A stretch of 26,642 bases of DNA from Tricharina praecox (lineage: Eukaryota). The stretch is from the NCBI RefSeq assembly GCF_024521635.1, contig NW_026250427.1, positions 558,001 to 584,642 of the forward strand. Reading direction: 5' to 3'. A program made the position numbers and the translations under genes. The notes below the pieces were generated by a model. The model saw only the letters and a program-made list of their open reading frames with translations. It had not been told where the DNA came from and ran no database searches. Shown here piece after piece: positions 1 to 12,400 of the stretch (position 1 is the stretch's first letter; each line of letters begins with the position of its first letter).

Positions 1-545
1 ACTCGAGACTCAACATTGGACAAAGGTGAAAGCCATACAATGAGCAATCTCCACCTTGGGGCTATTATTAGACGGTCCTTGAAGGGAGGGAACTTGAAAG
101 GGTACTTAGGGCAGGCTTGAGGGCCAACGCCAGAGAATGTAGGGTACTAAGATGGCTACTGGCTGAGTGGCTTGTTCAACGGAAACGAATTTCTGACCGA
201 CTCGTTAGATGCGTCGCAATAAGTTGCTATATCGTATCGTATGCCAGAGCCAAGTTTCGGGTGAGGGGTTTGGCAGGAGGTAGTGTTCCTTGGACCCTGG
301 ACCATGAATGTTCTCTCTCCCCTCTCTAGACGATGACCAATGGCCGGATCGGGAACTTCACAGTTGAGTAGGTGGGTGTATGGTAGGTATAAGGTAGGTA
401 TATGGTGGGTATAAAACCATCTTCTGCCCCCACGGCCTCACCAATTCTCGTTCGGTGGTGCTCACCTCCACCATCACCTTCACCACCAACGTGAGCACCA
501 CTCGTCCACTCTTTACCTCCGGATACCGGATTCCATCACACAATC

Positions 546-957
546 ACACCATCACATATTCCTCCTCCTACTCCTCCTACCCTCCCACCTTCCACCCTTC
601 GAGGGCCATCTTATCTGTGGATCATGGACGGTGCCAGCCTCAGGTGGCTTACCTGCCCGCCTCGAGGCCGCGGTTCGCCGTACGGGCCATAGGGGCGGTT
701 CACACACCATCACATACTACTTCTCCTACCCGCCTACCCTCCCATCCTCCTACCCTTCGAGCACCATCTTATCAAGTGGAGTGTGTGCGGTGGATTAATC
801 ATTATCTGCCCGCCTCGTGGCCGCGGTTCGCACACCCTTACATACTGCCGTAATCCTCCTACCCGCCTACACTTCTACACTCCTACCCTTCGAGAGCCAT
901 CTTATCAGTGGAGTATGGACGGTGGAAAACATACCCGCCTCGAGGCCGCAGTTCGGC
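546..957. repeat. Three degenerate tandem copies of a ~130-155 bp non-coding unit
   Basis: Copies start near 546, 703 and 831. Each contains CACACC..ACATA, a CCTAC/CCTCC-rich tract, ACCCTTCGAG.(G/C)CCATCTTATC..GTGGA, and ends with CCCGCCTCG(A/T)GGCCGC(G/A)GTTCG. Confidence 0.8.
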
Positions 958-2457
958 CCGATCACCACCCGCCGTCTCAAACCACACCACTCCACAGTAC
1001 TGCACACTCACCACCCAGCTCGGGATATAGAGCTTCGACAAAAAGTTTACGGAAAAGATAATGTGGGTTTGGGCGGAGGGTGATGTTGCTGCGCCGCAGA
1101 CGGGATGGGCGGGTGGAATATATCAGGAAACACAGAAAAAGAGACCGGGAACTGAGACTGGGATAGAGACCGAAACCGAGAGCGAGAGCAGCTGGGAATG
1201 TAAGTTCGGGGTTGGGGTTGCGGGGAGGATTGGGAAGGGTGATTTGGCTTCGTTTCTCTGGATTCTGGAAGAAGGGAAATGCCTCTGTTCTTGGTTCGTG
1301 GTTCTTGGTTCTTGGGGATGGTGGAGTGTTGTCTATGATAATATGAAAGCATTCTATCCCGGTGCTTCGTCCGATGTCTTCTGAACGTGAATGCGTGAAT
1401 GCGTGCACTGTGCACGGTGGTTACGCGGTTTTTTGATTCAACGTAGGTATCTATAGTAGACTATGGCGGCGGCGGCCGAGGAAGAAGCGGAAGTTGTAGC
1501 TTGGGAATTTGGGATGACCGCTGGTAAGGCAGGGGATGAGTTGTAGATCCAGTAGGGAGATATAGAAGACACTCAACAGAGGTGCTCTACTCTGCAGGAA
1601 CGGCGCGGACAGGGGTGTCGAGGCAGAAATCGCCCTTCGGAACATCATTCGGGCCTGCCCTCTGAGTTCATTCATTCTCCTGGCGGACATGGGTTGTCTG
1701 CTGCCGTTGGTTATTAGGTTTATGTACCAGCTGGGGAGGACGGGAGCCCGTCGTGACTCGTGACGTCCATGCAAGCGCTGCCGTCTTTGCAGGGCTGGAG
1801 AACTCCACCCACCGCACTACATACCTGTCATGTGTACCGGTGTCACTTGTTGCGGGATCTTCGCTAGTAACGATGGCTCCTTAGCGGGTACATATCGCTG
1901 CTGCCCGTCTCGCGGGTCCCAGCGAACTGGAAAGCTAGAGGACGCGTCGTGTATATATAATCGCGGCTGACGTTGCGCTCGCCCATCTCGGGTATCGGGC
2001 ATCGGGTAGTTAGCCACGCCGGGTTCGCTGAATATCTTCCGGCAGGGGTTTGACGGGTGATCCCCGCACTCGTGTTGAGTCTGGCCTGGCCTAGGTAGGT
2101 ACATACCGGTACCCACCGTACGTGTCATAGAAAGACCGAAGACTTGGTGCATTCCGCCGGCGTTTGTGATCACAGTCAGCAAAAAGCCGGCGGAAATGCG
2201 ATATCTCCGTTCGCTTCCCTCCAGTGTCCACTCGTGCGGCCGTACGTCATGCCGATCGTGGAACAATTCTTTGCCGTTACTATGAGTGATCGTTAGGCAG
2301 CTTCATGTCGCACAACTAACGTTGCCTAAACCTGCTCCCCCACCACCACCACCCCACCACTATTTTCGCCCGCCTCCATATCTCAGTCTTCGCCCTCACC
2401 GGCGGCACCTGTGACTCGTGAGCCCTCAGCACCACCACCACCACCACTGCCGCCGCA

Positions 2458-4442
2458 ATGCTTCAGCAACGGCTCGCCAACCTGTCCCTGCACCGGCACC
2501 CCATCCTCATCCTCCGGCGAACCTATCTCGGTCCCACTACCGCCACGCGTTTCACGCCGTTTGTCCCGCCGCCTCCTTCGTCGCTCCCGAAACCCAGAGT
2601 CCCCCGCAAGATCTCCCCACGTACACGTAAGAACCTCCGGCGCCTCGGCTACACGTCCGCCGCGCTCGGCACGCTCTACCTCGCCGACGCCTTCCTCAAC
2701 TACTCGACATTCGCACGGAATGTTCGCACAATCGCCACCTGCGGCATCATCGCCGCGGACTACAAGATTAACTTCCGCGCCGGTAAGGATGGCGGCCAGC
2801 TCGCGCACATCCACGAGCGCAATGCCGACCGCATGCTGAACCTGTGTCTCAAGAACGGCGGGCTCTACCAGAAGATCGGACAGGCAATCGCGATGCAGAG
2901 CGCCATCCTGCCGCCCGTGGTGCAGCAGAGGTTCACGAGGTTCTTTGACGAGACCCCGCAGGCAAGCTGGGCCGAGGTCGAGAAGGTGATCAGGGAGGAC
3001 TTTGGCGACAGGTTTCCTGGGCTGAGCGGGAGTGAGATTGTGGATAGGCTCTTCGTGCCCGGGAGCTTCGAGAAGAGGGCGGTTGGGTCCGCATCGATCG
3101 CACAGGTGCACAAGGCACAGCTGCCGACCGGGGAGTGGGTGGCGGTCAAGATTCAGAAGCCGTGGATTCAGCGGCAGGTGGGGTGGGATCTGGCGGTGTT
3201 TCGTGGCGTTACTCATAGTCTGTCGTCCCCGTCCTCCTCCTTCCCGCACGTCGTTACTGACGGACGATTGCAGTGTTTTCGACCTGGATGTTTGGTCTTC
3301 CATTGAGCTTCCTGACGCCGTACATCTGCGAGCGACTGGAGAGCGAGACGGACTTTTACAGTGAGGCGGGCAACGCCCAGCGGACTGCCGCCTTCATCGC
3401 CACTGAGCCCACCCTCCGCGATCGCGTCTACGTTCCGAAGGTCTACAACGAGCTCCTGACGAAGCGGGTGATGGTGGCGGAATGGATCGACGGCATCGGA
3501 GTCGACCAGCGCGAGATCATAACCGGCACCTACCGAGATGAGACCTCCGTCGGCCATCCCGTAAACACACCTCGGTCGATATCGACTCGTCAGGGGCCCA
3601 TCCGTCGCGTCCATGCACGTAACTCCCGCGTGTACGGGCTCGGTGTGCGGGAAAAGGAGGTGATGCAGACCATGGTCGACATTTTCTGCGGGCAACTGTT
3701 CATCTTCGGCTGGGTACATTGCGATCCGCACCCGGGCAACATCCTCGTGAGGCGTCGTCTCAACGGCAAGCCTCAACTTGTCCTTCTCGATCACGGCCTC
3801 TACATCACCACCACCCCCGAGTTCCGGCACAAATACGCGCTTTTCTGGCAAGCGCTGTTCACACTCGACAACGGCACGATCCGCGACATTGCCGCGTCGT
3901 GGGGCATCGGAAACGCTGACCTCTTTGCCTCGGCCACACTACTGAAACCTTACCAAGGCGGCAGCAAGGAAGTCGTCACCATCGTTGGCGGACACAAACA
4001 CGGTGGGCCTAAAACCGCGTACGAGGCTTCCCAGGCCGCGCGCGAGAAGATTGCAGAATTCATAATCAACCAGGACAAGATGCCGCGGGAACTCGTCTTC
4101 ATCGGACGCAATCTCCGCATCGTCCAGGAAAACAACCGCTCCCTTGGCACTCCTGTCAACCGTCTCAAGATCATTGCCAATTGGGCTAGTTACGCATTGA
4201 CGCGCTCGGTCGAGCAGGCCGGGCTCACCCGCTCATTCGGCGACCGCATGCGCGCGTGGTATTCACATGCCATCTTCAAGGTGGTGGTGTTTACACTGGA
4301 CGCGGCGTTCTGGTACGGGCGGCTGCGGCAGATACTGTTTGGCGGGCTGGGCTTCGAGGAAGAGATGGATATTCGCATGAGACGGGTTGCCATGGATGAA
4401 TTTGGGCTGGAGCTACAGGGGAATAATCTCTTCACTGCTTAG
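2458..4442 (+). CDS. Mitochondrial ABC1/UbiB/ADCK-family atypical protein kinase (yeast MCP2/CQD2-like, ADCK1-like), ~642 aa
   Basis: Exons 2458-3217 and 3274-4442. Intron 3218-3273 (GTCTGT...TACTGAC...CAG) joins RGVTH-M-FSTWMF in frame. Family motifs: NGGLYQKIGQ (KxGQ), SASIAQVH, VAVKIQKP, ETDF..EA.N, VHCDPHPGNILVR, LVLLDHGLY. The Arg-rich, acid-free N-terminus resembles a mitochondrial presequence. Confidence 0.93.
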
Positions 4443-4695
4443 ATAGATGGCGCGTAGTTAGAAGATGAGTTGTATTTGTACGGTTTATACCTTGTTTGGG
4501 CTTTCCCTGGAGTTTTGTTAGCATTACGAGGTAGGTAGAGGCGATATACATATGAGAGCTTCTGGAGGTCTGTACTGGTACATTAGAGTGGCCTTGGGGT
4601 AGAACTTGTCTGACGTCGTGTACTCGTACTCCGCCTACTCTAGTTTTCGCCGAAGTTGCATCAGTAAATACCTGTAGAACGCGCTTAGAGGAGAA

Positions 4696-4926
4696 CCCAT
4701 ATCACGTGTTTACCGTAGATTTCGCCGGCTTCAGTTAGCGCAACAGAATGGCCGTAGGGTACGGCCCATATCACGTGCTTCAGTAGCGGCAAAATATTTG
4801 CCGAACGTGGATTAGCGTGGATTGCTCAAAAGACCGTGCACTGTTTTTCTTATATAAAGATCCCATCGGTCCGCAACTCTCAATCCTCTACATCATACAA
4901 CAATAACAACAACACTCACAGCCATC
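4696..4926 (+). promoter_or_regulatory. Putative Pol II promoter: duplicated E-box/SRE-like motif, TATA box and CA-rich leader
   Basis: CCCATATCACGTG occurs at 4696-4708 and 4765-4777. TATATAAA is at 4851-4858. A CAA-rich leader follows and ends in a Kozak-like CACAGCC-ATC at 4917-4926. Confidence 0.5.
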
Positions 4927-5796
4927 CGTGGCATAAAGTAACACTTCTACTTTAACCTATCATTTCACCGGTATCTCCGACCCCGAGAGAACTCGAATAC
5001 GTTTTTAATGCACTGGTTCGTCTCCACTTTTCCTCTTTTCAATTCGGGTTGACATGTTCATATGACTGACATTAACTAGCATTACTTTCGGGGCGGAGAT
5101 ACAGATACTCTGGCCGCAAGAATCTGGCTGCTGGCGGCCTGTTCTTGCGGTTTGAGACGGTCACTAAACGTGCTACCGGTTCAACCCGGGGGTGTCGGTC
5201 TGTGCGCCGTGGCGCCAGGCTACTTGCCGCCACAGTGATGACGACAAGGCGCACCTTGCCGGTGGGCACAACCTGTGCCCCAAGCTCATCTTCATCTGTC
5301 CTCATTACACAGGGCTCCGGCCCTGTGGCGGCGCGCTTTCCCACTGTGGGCAATCGGCCAGCTTGGTTGGGTGTGCGTGTCGGCGCAAGACACGGGAGCG
5401 GAAGCGCAAGACACAGGAGCGGGAGTGCAAGACCGATACCATTGCTATCCTTTCCCCAATGTAAGTTCCTCTCTCCCTTGTTGTGGTTGTTTTTGTCACG
5501 GCTTTGGCTAATTCGTTTTATGATATGCTTGCTTCGCGCCGTATAGAGAGCTGGACTCTCCGGCTGGCGCCGTCCCTGCGATGATCGACCCCCAATGCAT
5601 TCTTCTGGGGGCAACTCGCCCAGTTCGAGGCCAATCTCACAGGTGTGTGGGGGGCGGTGGCGAGGTGAAGCTCGCCAATCACCGCAGTGGGCAGAAGAAG
5701 ATGGATGCGTCAAGGGCAGCGATGTCTACCCCGGATGGTGGGGTAGTGGGGTGGTCGGGTGGTAGTAATCTGCCACCGCCATCGGAAAGGAGTTGA
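4924..5796 (+). pseudogene. Possible three-exon pseudogene of unknown function (~225 codons, Cys-containing)
   Basis: Model 4924-4970 / 5080-5460 / 5547-5796, with introns GTATCT...ACTGAC...TAG (4971-5079) and GTAAGT...GCTAAT...TAG (5461-5546), keeps one frame through ORFs 5192-5464 and 5581-5796. The start reads ATC rather than ATG. Internal stops: TAA 4939, TGA 5153, TAA 5165. No homology recognised. Confidence 0.35.
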
Positions 5797-5877
5797 ACCT
5801 TTTCAAGGGGAGCGATGGCAAGATTTTGCCATCGCCCGTCGGGGGGTAGGACGCTGGCGAAATTTTGCCATTGCGTC
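5758..5877. repeat. Cluster of three related palindromes (TGGYR-N6-TGCCA core)
   Basis: GGTGGTAG-TAAT-CTGCCACC (5758-5777); perfect 10-bp stem GCGATGGCAA-GATT-TTGCCATCGC (5812-5835); GACGC-TGGCGAAATTTTGCCA-TT-GCGTC (5850-5877). Confidence 0.7.
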
Positions 5878-7239
5878 GGGGGGGAGTAGCCTTTAGCGCC
5901 GCTTCCACTCACTCAGAGATGGGGGGGGGGCGTTTGAGAAACTCCACACCGGGCGAATGGAAAGTTGTGTATTGGAGGAGGGTTTATCATGAGGAGTGGT
6001 TTATTTATTCAAGGAATTAAAGGAGTATGATTTTCTCTGCCTACCGTGGCTCATCAGTCAGGTCGTGATCGTGTGATGTGTGATGTATAAATTAATGCCG
6101 TGCCCGACCCATCTAACCGTCCGTAATCAGGGTCTGCACAGCGGCTATGGAGGTAAGTCAGCCTACCGCGCTCAATACCGCCGGCACGCCCGCCGCTGAC
6201 GCTGCGCCCACTCTGCTCCTTTCCAGCTTGTAGACAGGATGTGTAGATGTCGTTCGTGGCACTCTCCCACCCAGAAGAATGCCGAATCTGTTGCATAAAC
6301 GGGAGTGAATACGGTAGCCAGCGGCAGCACAGTGTCCACGGTCCAACGGTCCCCAGAGGACGCACCCTTCCATCGAGCAGTGAATGCAATAGCGAAGCGA
6401 AGCGTGAGAAGACTGCCCATGTGAGATCAACGTCCACACGCAAGTACATATCCAACGATTTATATACGACTACGTTCCCCAGGAGTCAAGGCTCCTGTGC
6501 TACTTCATACCTCACAATTATTATTTTCTTTCCATTTTTGTTTTGCCCAATACGTGGTCTGATCACTAATAATCACTCATATCATTCCACGTCCCTTCTG
6601 AAAGGTGAGGTTTTTTGATTATCCGAGACACCGATTTCCTGGTCTCGAACTAATTTCTTGTTCTAGGGATGGGGCGGGGGTGGGGGCGGATGTCACTTTC
6701 ATGATCCATCACCCCGACGCAAGAAAGCGAGGAATACGGGTGGGATAATGGCTTCCAGGTATCCCTAAGTCTTTTCGACCGAACGAAATGTCTCCCACCC
6801 TTCGGTCGTCTGGCATGGCCATCGGGATTATCGAGTCGAGTCGAGTAAAGATACTTCGAACCTACTGAGGCGGGCTGCTGGCTACGGGCTGGAGGGTAGG
6901 AAGCGGAGGTAAGTGGAGTTAATGTAGGCATATAGATGATTATCAACCACTCGGCATCCAAACGGTTGCGTTGCGAGACATCCACGAACAGCAGCCACAC
7001 TGCCTCGTATAACACACAAGAGCTACTTGTCATTGTCGATTCTAGATCCAAACAGTAGATGTGTGAATCCAATCAGGTGGTAGAATCGGGTCTTGAATTA
7101 AGCTTTGTCTTCGATTATGAGAGATGACAAGTGACATAGGCGGTGAATCAGGAAGGGTACATATCTCGTATTCAGCATGGACCTCATGGAGTATCCACAA
7201 TAGACCTCTGTACAAGACATGCACTGTATTTCCGTGTAC

Positions 7240-7500
7240 TTTTGCTGCTGCTTTTTTTTTGTTTCATCATTGATTGCATGCGACCTGTCTAGATCATGAC
7301 AAGGTCTACCCGTACACCCCCCACCCGTTTCCACGCTACTGTCCAACCCAAATCCGCCTGTGACGCTAGTGCTCAGAGCTACCAAGCCGAGTGACCGACC
7401 GTGCGGCGGCGAAATGTTTATTCCAAGAACCAGAACACCAATAAAACCCTCGCTCCTCTCCCCCACTCTCTCCTTTCTCCTCATCATTTTCATCGGCGAA
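7240..7500 (-). mobile_element. Short 3'-terminal fragment of the LINE family seen at 19270-20366
   Basis: The minus strand reads GGACAGTAGCGTGGAAACGG...TTGTCATGATCTAGACAGGTCGCATGCAATCAATGATGAAAC followed by an A run, matching 20291-20366 (TTGCCATGATCTAGACGGGTCGCATGTAATTAACGATTAAACAACAA). The 5' boundary is approximate. Confidence 0.75.
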
Positions 7501-7883
7501 CATACCAACTCAACACACACATCGGGCCATCGCTCATTTCGACTCCTCTGCGCTTCAGCTTTGGCGAGTGACAGCGGGTCGATTGGGGATGGGAGAATCT
7601 CTATGTGTTGGTCTGGGACTGTTTGCTTACTTACTTACTTTTTAGAATTGGGGTCTGCGCGCTCAGCTGCAGATGTTCTGACCGGATCCCCTTCTTTTTC
7701 ATTGCTTCTCTGGCTGCTATGCAAGAGGGTGAAGAAAGTTCGAGCCTGGTTGCTAGATGCTTGGGTGGATCCTAGGTATCCAGTAACCGCATCTCTAGAA
7801 CTTGCGGAAGCAATGAGCTCGATACCGGTTCCCTATTGATCTCCGCTCAAACCCGCGTCCAACCCGCTCCTCCCACTGAGGCG

Positions 7884-8100
7884 TGTTTCCGCCTGTTTTG
7901 TTTCCGCCTGTTTTGTTTCCGGTTTGTTCATCAATCGCATGCGACCTATGTAGAGCATTGCAGTATCAGCCCATACACCCCCGTTTCCACGCCACTGTCC
8001 GACTCGACTTTCATTGAGCGGCCCGATGTGGCTTTCCCTGCCCTCCTCTCTGGCCTGTCCCAGAAATAAAGATAGAGCGCACCAAAGAAAAAACACCGTC
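7884..8100 (-). mobile_element. Second short 3'-terminal fragment of the same LINE family, with a 15-bp tandem-repeat tail
   Basis: The minus strand reads GAAAGCCACATCGGGCCGCTCAATGAAAGTCGAGTCGGACAGTGGCGTGGAAACGG...AGGTCGCATGCGATTGATGAACAAAC, matching 20254-20366. It is followed by about 2.5 copies of GGAAACAAAACAGGC (7884-7921). Confidence 0.75.
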
Positions 8101-9434
8101 CAGACCCAGTGCCTACAAAAGATCAATTGATTATTGTCGGTACCATGAATCGAACATGGGTCTAAGCTGATCCGTGTTGCCACAAAGCTTCGTACTAACC
8201 ACTATACTATACCGACTCGTTATGCTACAGGTTTGAAGCAGGAGATTTTGAAGTCAAAACGTTGTCGAGTGGCTTTTCGTATCGGCGTCTGAGCATTTCC
8301 GAGTGCTATTACGTGTCGGCGTCGTTGGTCTACCGAACTGACCGGTATGTTCGGCGACAGTAGTCTGCTTATCCCCCGTCAACACATGTGAGAGTACCTA
8401 GTACTGTGAGACCTGCCTCTTTGGTAGCCCAGTAGAGCCACCGGGTTTGTTTCCGTCGGCAGCCAGTGTCTTCAGTCCCCAGGGATTTTCGTGCTGCAAA
8501 AACACTCATGCGTTGAAGCTGAGGTCCTGTATAGTAGATCCGAGCTGCGCTGCGATGCTATGCTTCTCATATCATCGCCCGTGGAAATAGATCTCGCAAA
8601 CCTTCAAGTACTCCGCCGGCACTGCCGGCCGGAGTATGCCCTGCTCCCTCCTCCTAGTGTTCAACCAAGTACAAACACGAATCTCGTCCTCGGGGGTATT
8701 CGATTGGGAGTCGCAAGGGCCCTAATGTCCAGAATGATGCGGAGTCCAGCAGAATTTCCCGTACTCCCGAATATTCACCAAGAAACCTCGCGACTTCGAC
8801 AGCCGCCCACCGGCCCCACTGTAGACCCTCCAGAAAAAATGGTGTTTCACTGAGCTGTTGGACTGTCAGCATCCTGCAATGTTAGAGGCGGTATGGAGTG
8901 TTTGCGTATTGAACCATCTAACGTGGAGAGTTTCCGGTCCTTTCTTCGTGACAACTATACTCTGCGGCTATGTTGGCCTCGGCGGAGTCGGCAGAATTAC
9001 GGCTTTGGGGATGTTGCGGTGGTTTCCTACCTATACCTACGCCTCTTCGAAGTACTTCTCGTTCTTGAGCGGAGCCTTTCGTTGTTCAAGAGAGCCTGTA
9101 TCAACTCTGGATTGAGTGTGTACGTAGGGGAGAAGCCTTATTTATCACTACAGATCTTGAACTCAAATACTAACTGTCGAACTAGCCAAAGGCAATGGCG
9201 TAATCGATCCGGCAAACCTCCCCTTCGGGACCCATGTTAAATCCCAGTGGCACGCCTCACAAAATCACGACTCCCAGTATGGATACGCTTCACCGTAGTA
9301 TTCATCGCAGAATCGCACAAGCAGAAACGGAATATTGAAACTTGCAAGCAAAGAACAAACAACATAAACACATCTTGCCCACCCATCGACCATGCACATC
9401 TTTCCGACAATATCTAAAATTGACAGTGCAAACA

Positions 9435-12400
9435 TTACGCGATGCCGCCGACCACCATCGCCGCGATCCCCTCCTCCTCCGCTCTGACGACCGCCTTCAA
9501 TGCGACGCCATCCTTGGCCGAGTACGCCATCTGTATGCGGGCCACGACGCGACCTCCACCGACAGTCTTGCCAAAAAGCTTCAGTTGGTGTGTCGTGTTG
9601 TTCATCGCCACGTCGCTGCCGGCGAGGGGCTGCATGTATAGCTGTTTGCAGAGAAGCTCCACCGCCTCTGAAATACCACTTGGTTAGGGAATGTCACTCT
9701 GGGAAAGGGAAAGGATGAAAGGCGTACCCTGAATGCTCTTCAGCTCCTTGCCGAGCGCATACGACTCTGTAGCCTCTTCACCGGCGGCTCCAACCTGCTC
9801 CCACACATCGTCCCAGCTTCCGGCAAACGCAGGAACCAGGTAATCCGCAGCCACCAGCTCCAGATCCTCAACCTGGTACTCATCTTCGTAGCCAGACTCT
9901 TCCGGCTCTCCGCTTGTCGGGTCGATCTCCTTGCTTGTAAACTTAAGTACGTTGGTGAAATTGCCCGTCGCGTATCCTTCCGAAGAGGTCTTAAAGCTGA
10001 CCCAGATCGTGCCCACCTCATCGTGCGCAAGTTTAGGGATAGGGATGATGAAATCCTCTACCAGCTGTGACTCCTCCTCCTCGTCGGTTGCCGTGGTGAT
10101 CATCGAGATGTCTTCCAGAAGAGTATCGCTGAGAGTGTTCTTGACGTGGAACTGCAGGACTAAGTTATCCTTGAAGATGTGCTTAACCACGGAAACAACA
10201 TATTCGGTTTCAGACTCGGTAAGTTCCGCCTCCAAGGAAGATTTCAACAAAGCTCCATACGCGCTGAGTTCCGGTACGAGGGCAAGCTGCTCCGCATACT
10301 TTTGAGTGTTTGCGAAGACCGAAGAGGCGCCAGCATTGGGTGCAGCAGATGCACCGGCGGCAGGCCGTGATGGGCCCGTGGAAGGTGCCTTGAGTGTCGG
10401 CATGTCGGCAGAAAGCTTCTGGTTCCGTTCCTCCGCGTATGCCTGTTCCCGGCTGACGATCGGAACAGAGGCGAGATCGAAGGGCTTCGAGAAAGTGGAT
10501 TGCTCGCCAGTGACGTACATGATGAGCTGATGCTCGAAGATTGGCAAGGAGTAGAGAGACTCGTTCTTAATGAATTTCTCCGCAACCTCTTGTTCCTCGT
10601 TCTTGATCAACCGCAAGTTGAGGGCTGCGCGGTCACGGACCTCATCATCGGGATCATCAAGGCATCGGGTGAGAAGCACAACAACACTCCTCTTGACCTC
10701 CGGATCCACCTTGGCGCCGTCCTTCGCGGAGACTCCGAACTTGGCGAGCGCCGTAACGGCGGCTGCACGAACAATGGCGTTCTCGAGGACAACACGATTG
10801 TAGATGTAGCGGATGTACTTCGTTGGCTGGGCGGTCTTGGGGCCTTCGGTACCGAGGAGATGTAGAACCCGAACGGCGAGCTTCGTAAATTCGCAGTCCT
10901 CAATGAACTCGCACAGGTGTGCAAGCGCCTCCTCTCGGCTCTCCGGAACGAACTTTATGAGGTCGAACATACTCTCAACCACCGTCTTCTTGAACTCGTA
11001 GCCACCTTCGTCTCTGAGCACGCCCGAAAGAAATGTGAGCATGCCAGCCTGCTTGCTAGGGAACTTGATGCATAGGGTGCGGATAGCCTCAACGATAGTG
11101 ATCTTGAACTCGTCGGTGATGTCGGCCATGAAGCCACTGATCTGCTTCATCAAGCGATCCACGGATGCTTCATTACCGGTTTTGAGCAGCGTTGTGATGG
11201 CGAATGTGGCGATCGACCGATTCGAGTTGGAGATGAGGGTCTCGATGTCCATATTGCAAACATTGACGGCGGATGGGCGGATCGAGGCGAACTTGTGAAG
11301 GATACGGATCGCGGTGAACTTGGCGACGGGGCGAGGGGAGGTGAGGAAAAGTTGCAGAACTAAGAGCGGTCGAGGATCAGTTCTTGTCTGGCGAAACATC
11401 AAGGTAATGCTCACCATGAATGGCAGGTGCGACTTCGGCATCTGTCACATCCTTCATCTCGCAGATAGCTTTTGCGGCCTCGAAATTCACCATCTCCGCC
11501 TTGTGCCTCAGCCACCCGTCGAGCAGTCCCCACATAGCCTTCCTCAACCCTGGGTCATCCTCGGCGATCTTCGCGGCTAACCGAACCAACATGACAACTG
11601 CCGCAGGGTTCTTCACCTGACCTGTCGAGAATTGCTGGACCATCTTCACCAAGGCCATCCGGTCGTGCGCGCGCATCTGGTAGAGAAGTCCGATCGCGTG
11701 GTATTGGGTCATTCCCGAACCCTGGGACACAGATGGGGATGAACCGAAGCCGAGGGAAAATCCCCCAGACTTTGAACCGGCCAGGACAGCCTCGTTCGTT
11801 TCGTTTGCCCATCGGCGGACGACATCGCGGGCGATGGGGAGGAGGTGGTACGACGATACGAGGGCGGCGGAGGATACCGATGGAGTTTTGTCGACGATAG
11901 CCGTCTTGAGAAGTCGCTCAATAGCTTGTACGGTTGTGCCCTAGAATACCGGTATTAGCCACTCCGCGCCCAAGCTCTGCAGACACTATCCACCCGCACA
12001 ATGGCATATCTTCGCACACTTCCAATATGGCTTACTTACATCGATAATCCTGCAAAGTGCCCTGATGGCATTTGCACGGTATATATCCTGCTCCCCACTA
12101 CCCCGTCCACCAGCACCTTGAACGTCTTTCATCACACTACTCGTAACCATGATGACATCCTCCGCGGTGCCCGCCAGCTCCTTGATTGCCAAGTAGACCA
12201 TCTGCCGTAAGCTCGCATCGCGGTGCTGGAACAATTTGGTGATGCCGAAGAACAGCTCGGTAGCTTCAGCTTTCGGGAAGCTCTCACCGGTGTGACGGAG
12301 GTACACGATCTTAGTCAGGAGGATTCGGCATTTGCGGGGAGAGATCGGTGATGTGTTGAAGACTCGGGCTGTGAGGGGTTAGCTACCGGGATGCGAGGCG

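Noticed and set aside
590..915. Hammerhead ribozyme-like core in the triplicated module (minus strand CTGATAAG...CGAAG)
   Set aside because: The invariant CUGANGA and GAAA boxes are not matched in any copy, and I could not build convincing stems.
977..2266. Minus-strand ORFs and UTR-like simple repeats upstream of the ABC1 kinase
   Set aside because: Low-complexity sequence with mostly non-ATG starts and no coding bias or motif.
2383..3851. Minus-strand ORFs of 306 aa and 212 aa
   Set aside because: They are antisense to the GC3-rich ABC1 kinase gene, which is an expected artefact.
6054..9240. Numerous 60-160 aa ORFs and isolated splice-like signals between the ABC1 kinase and SEC21
   Set aside because: No recognisable motif or consistent gene model. 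Decayed gene fragments are possible but cannot be supported without a homology search.
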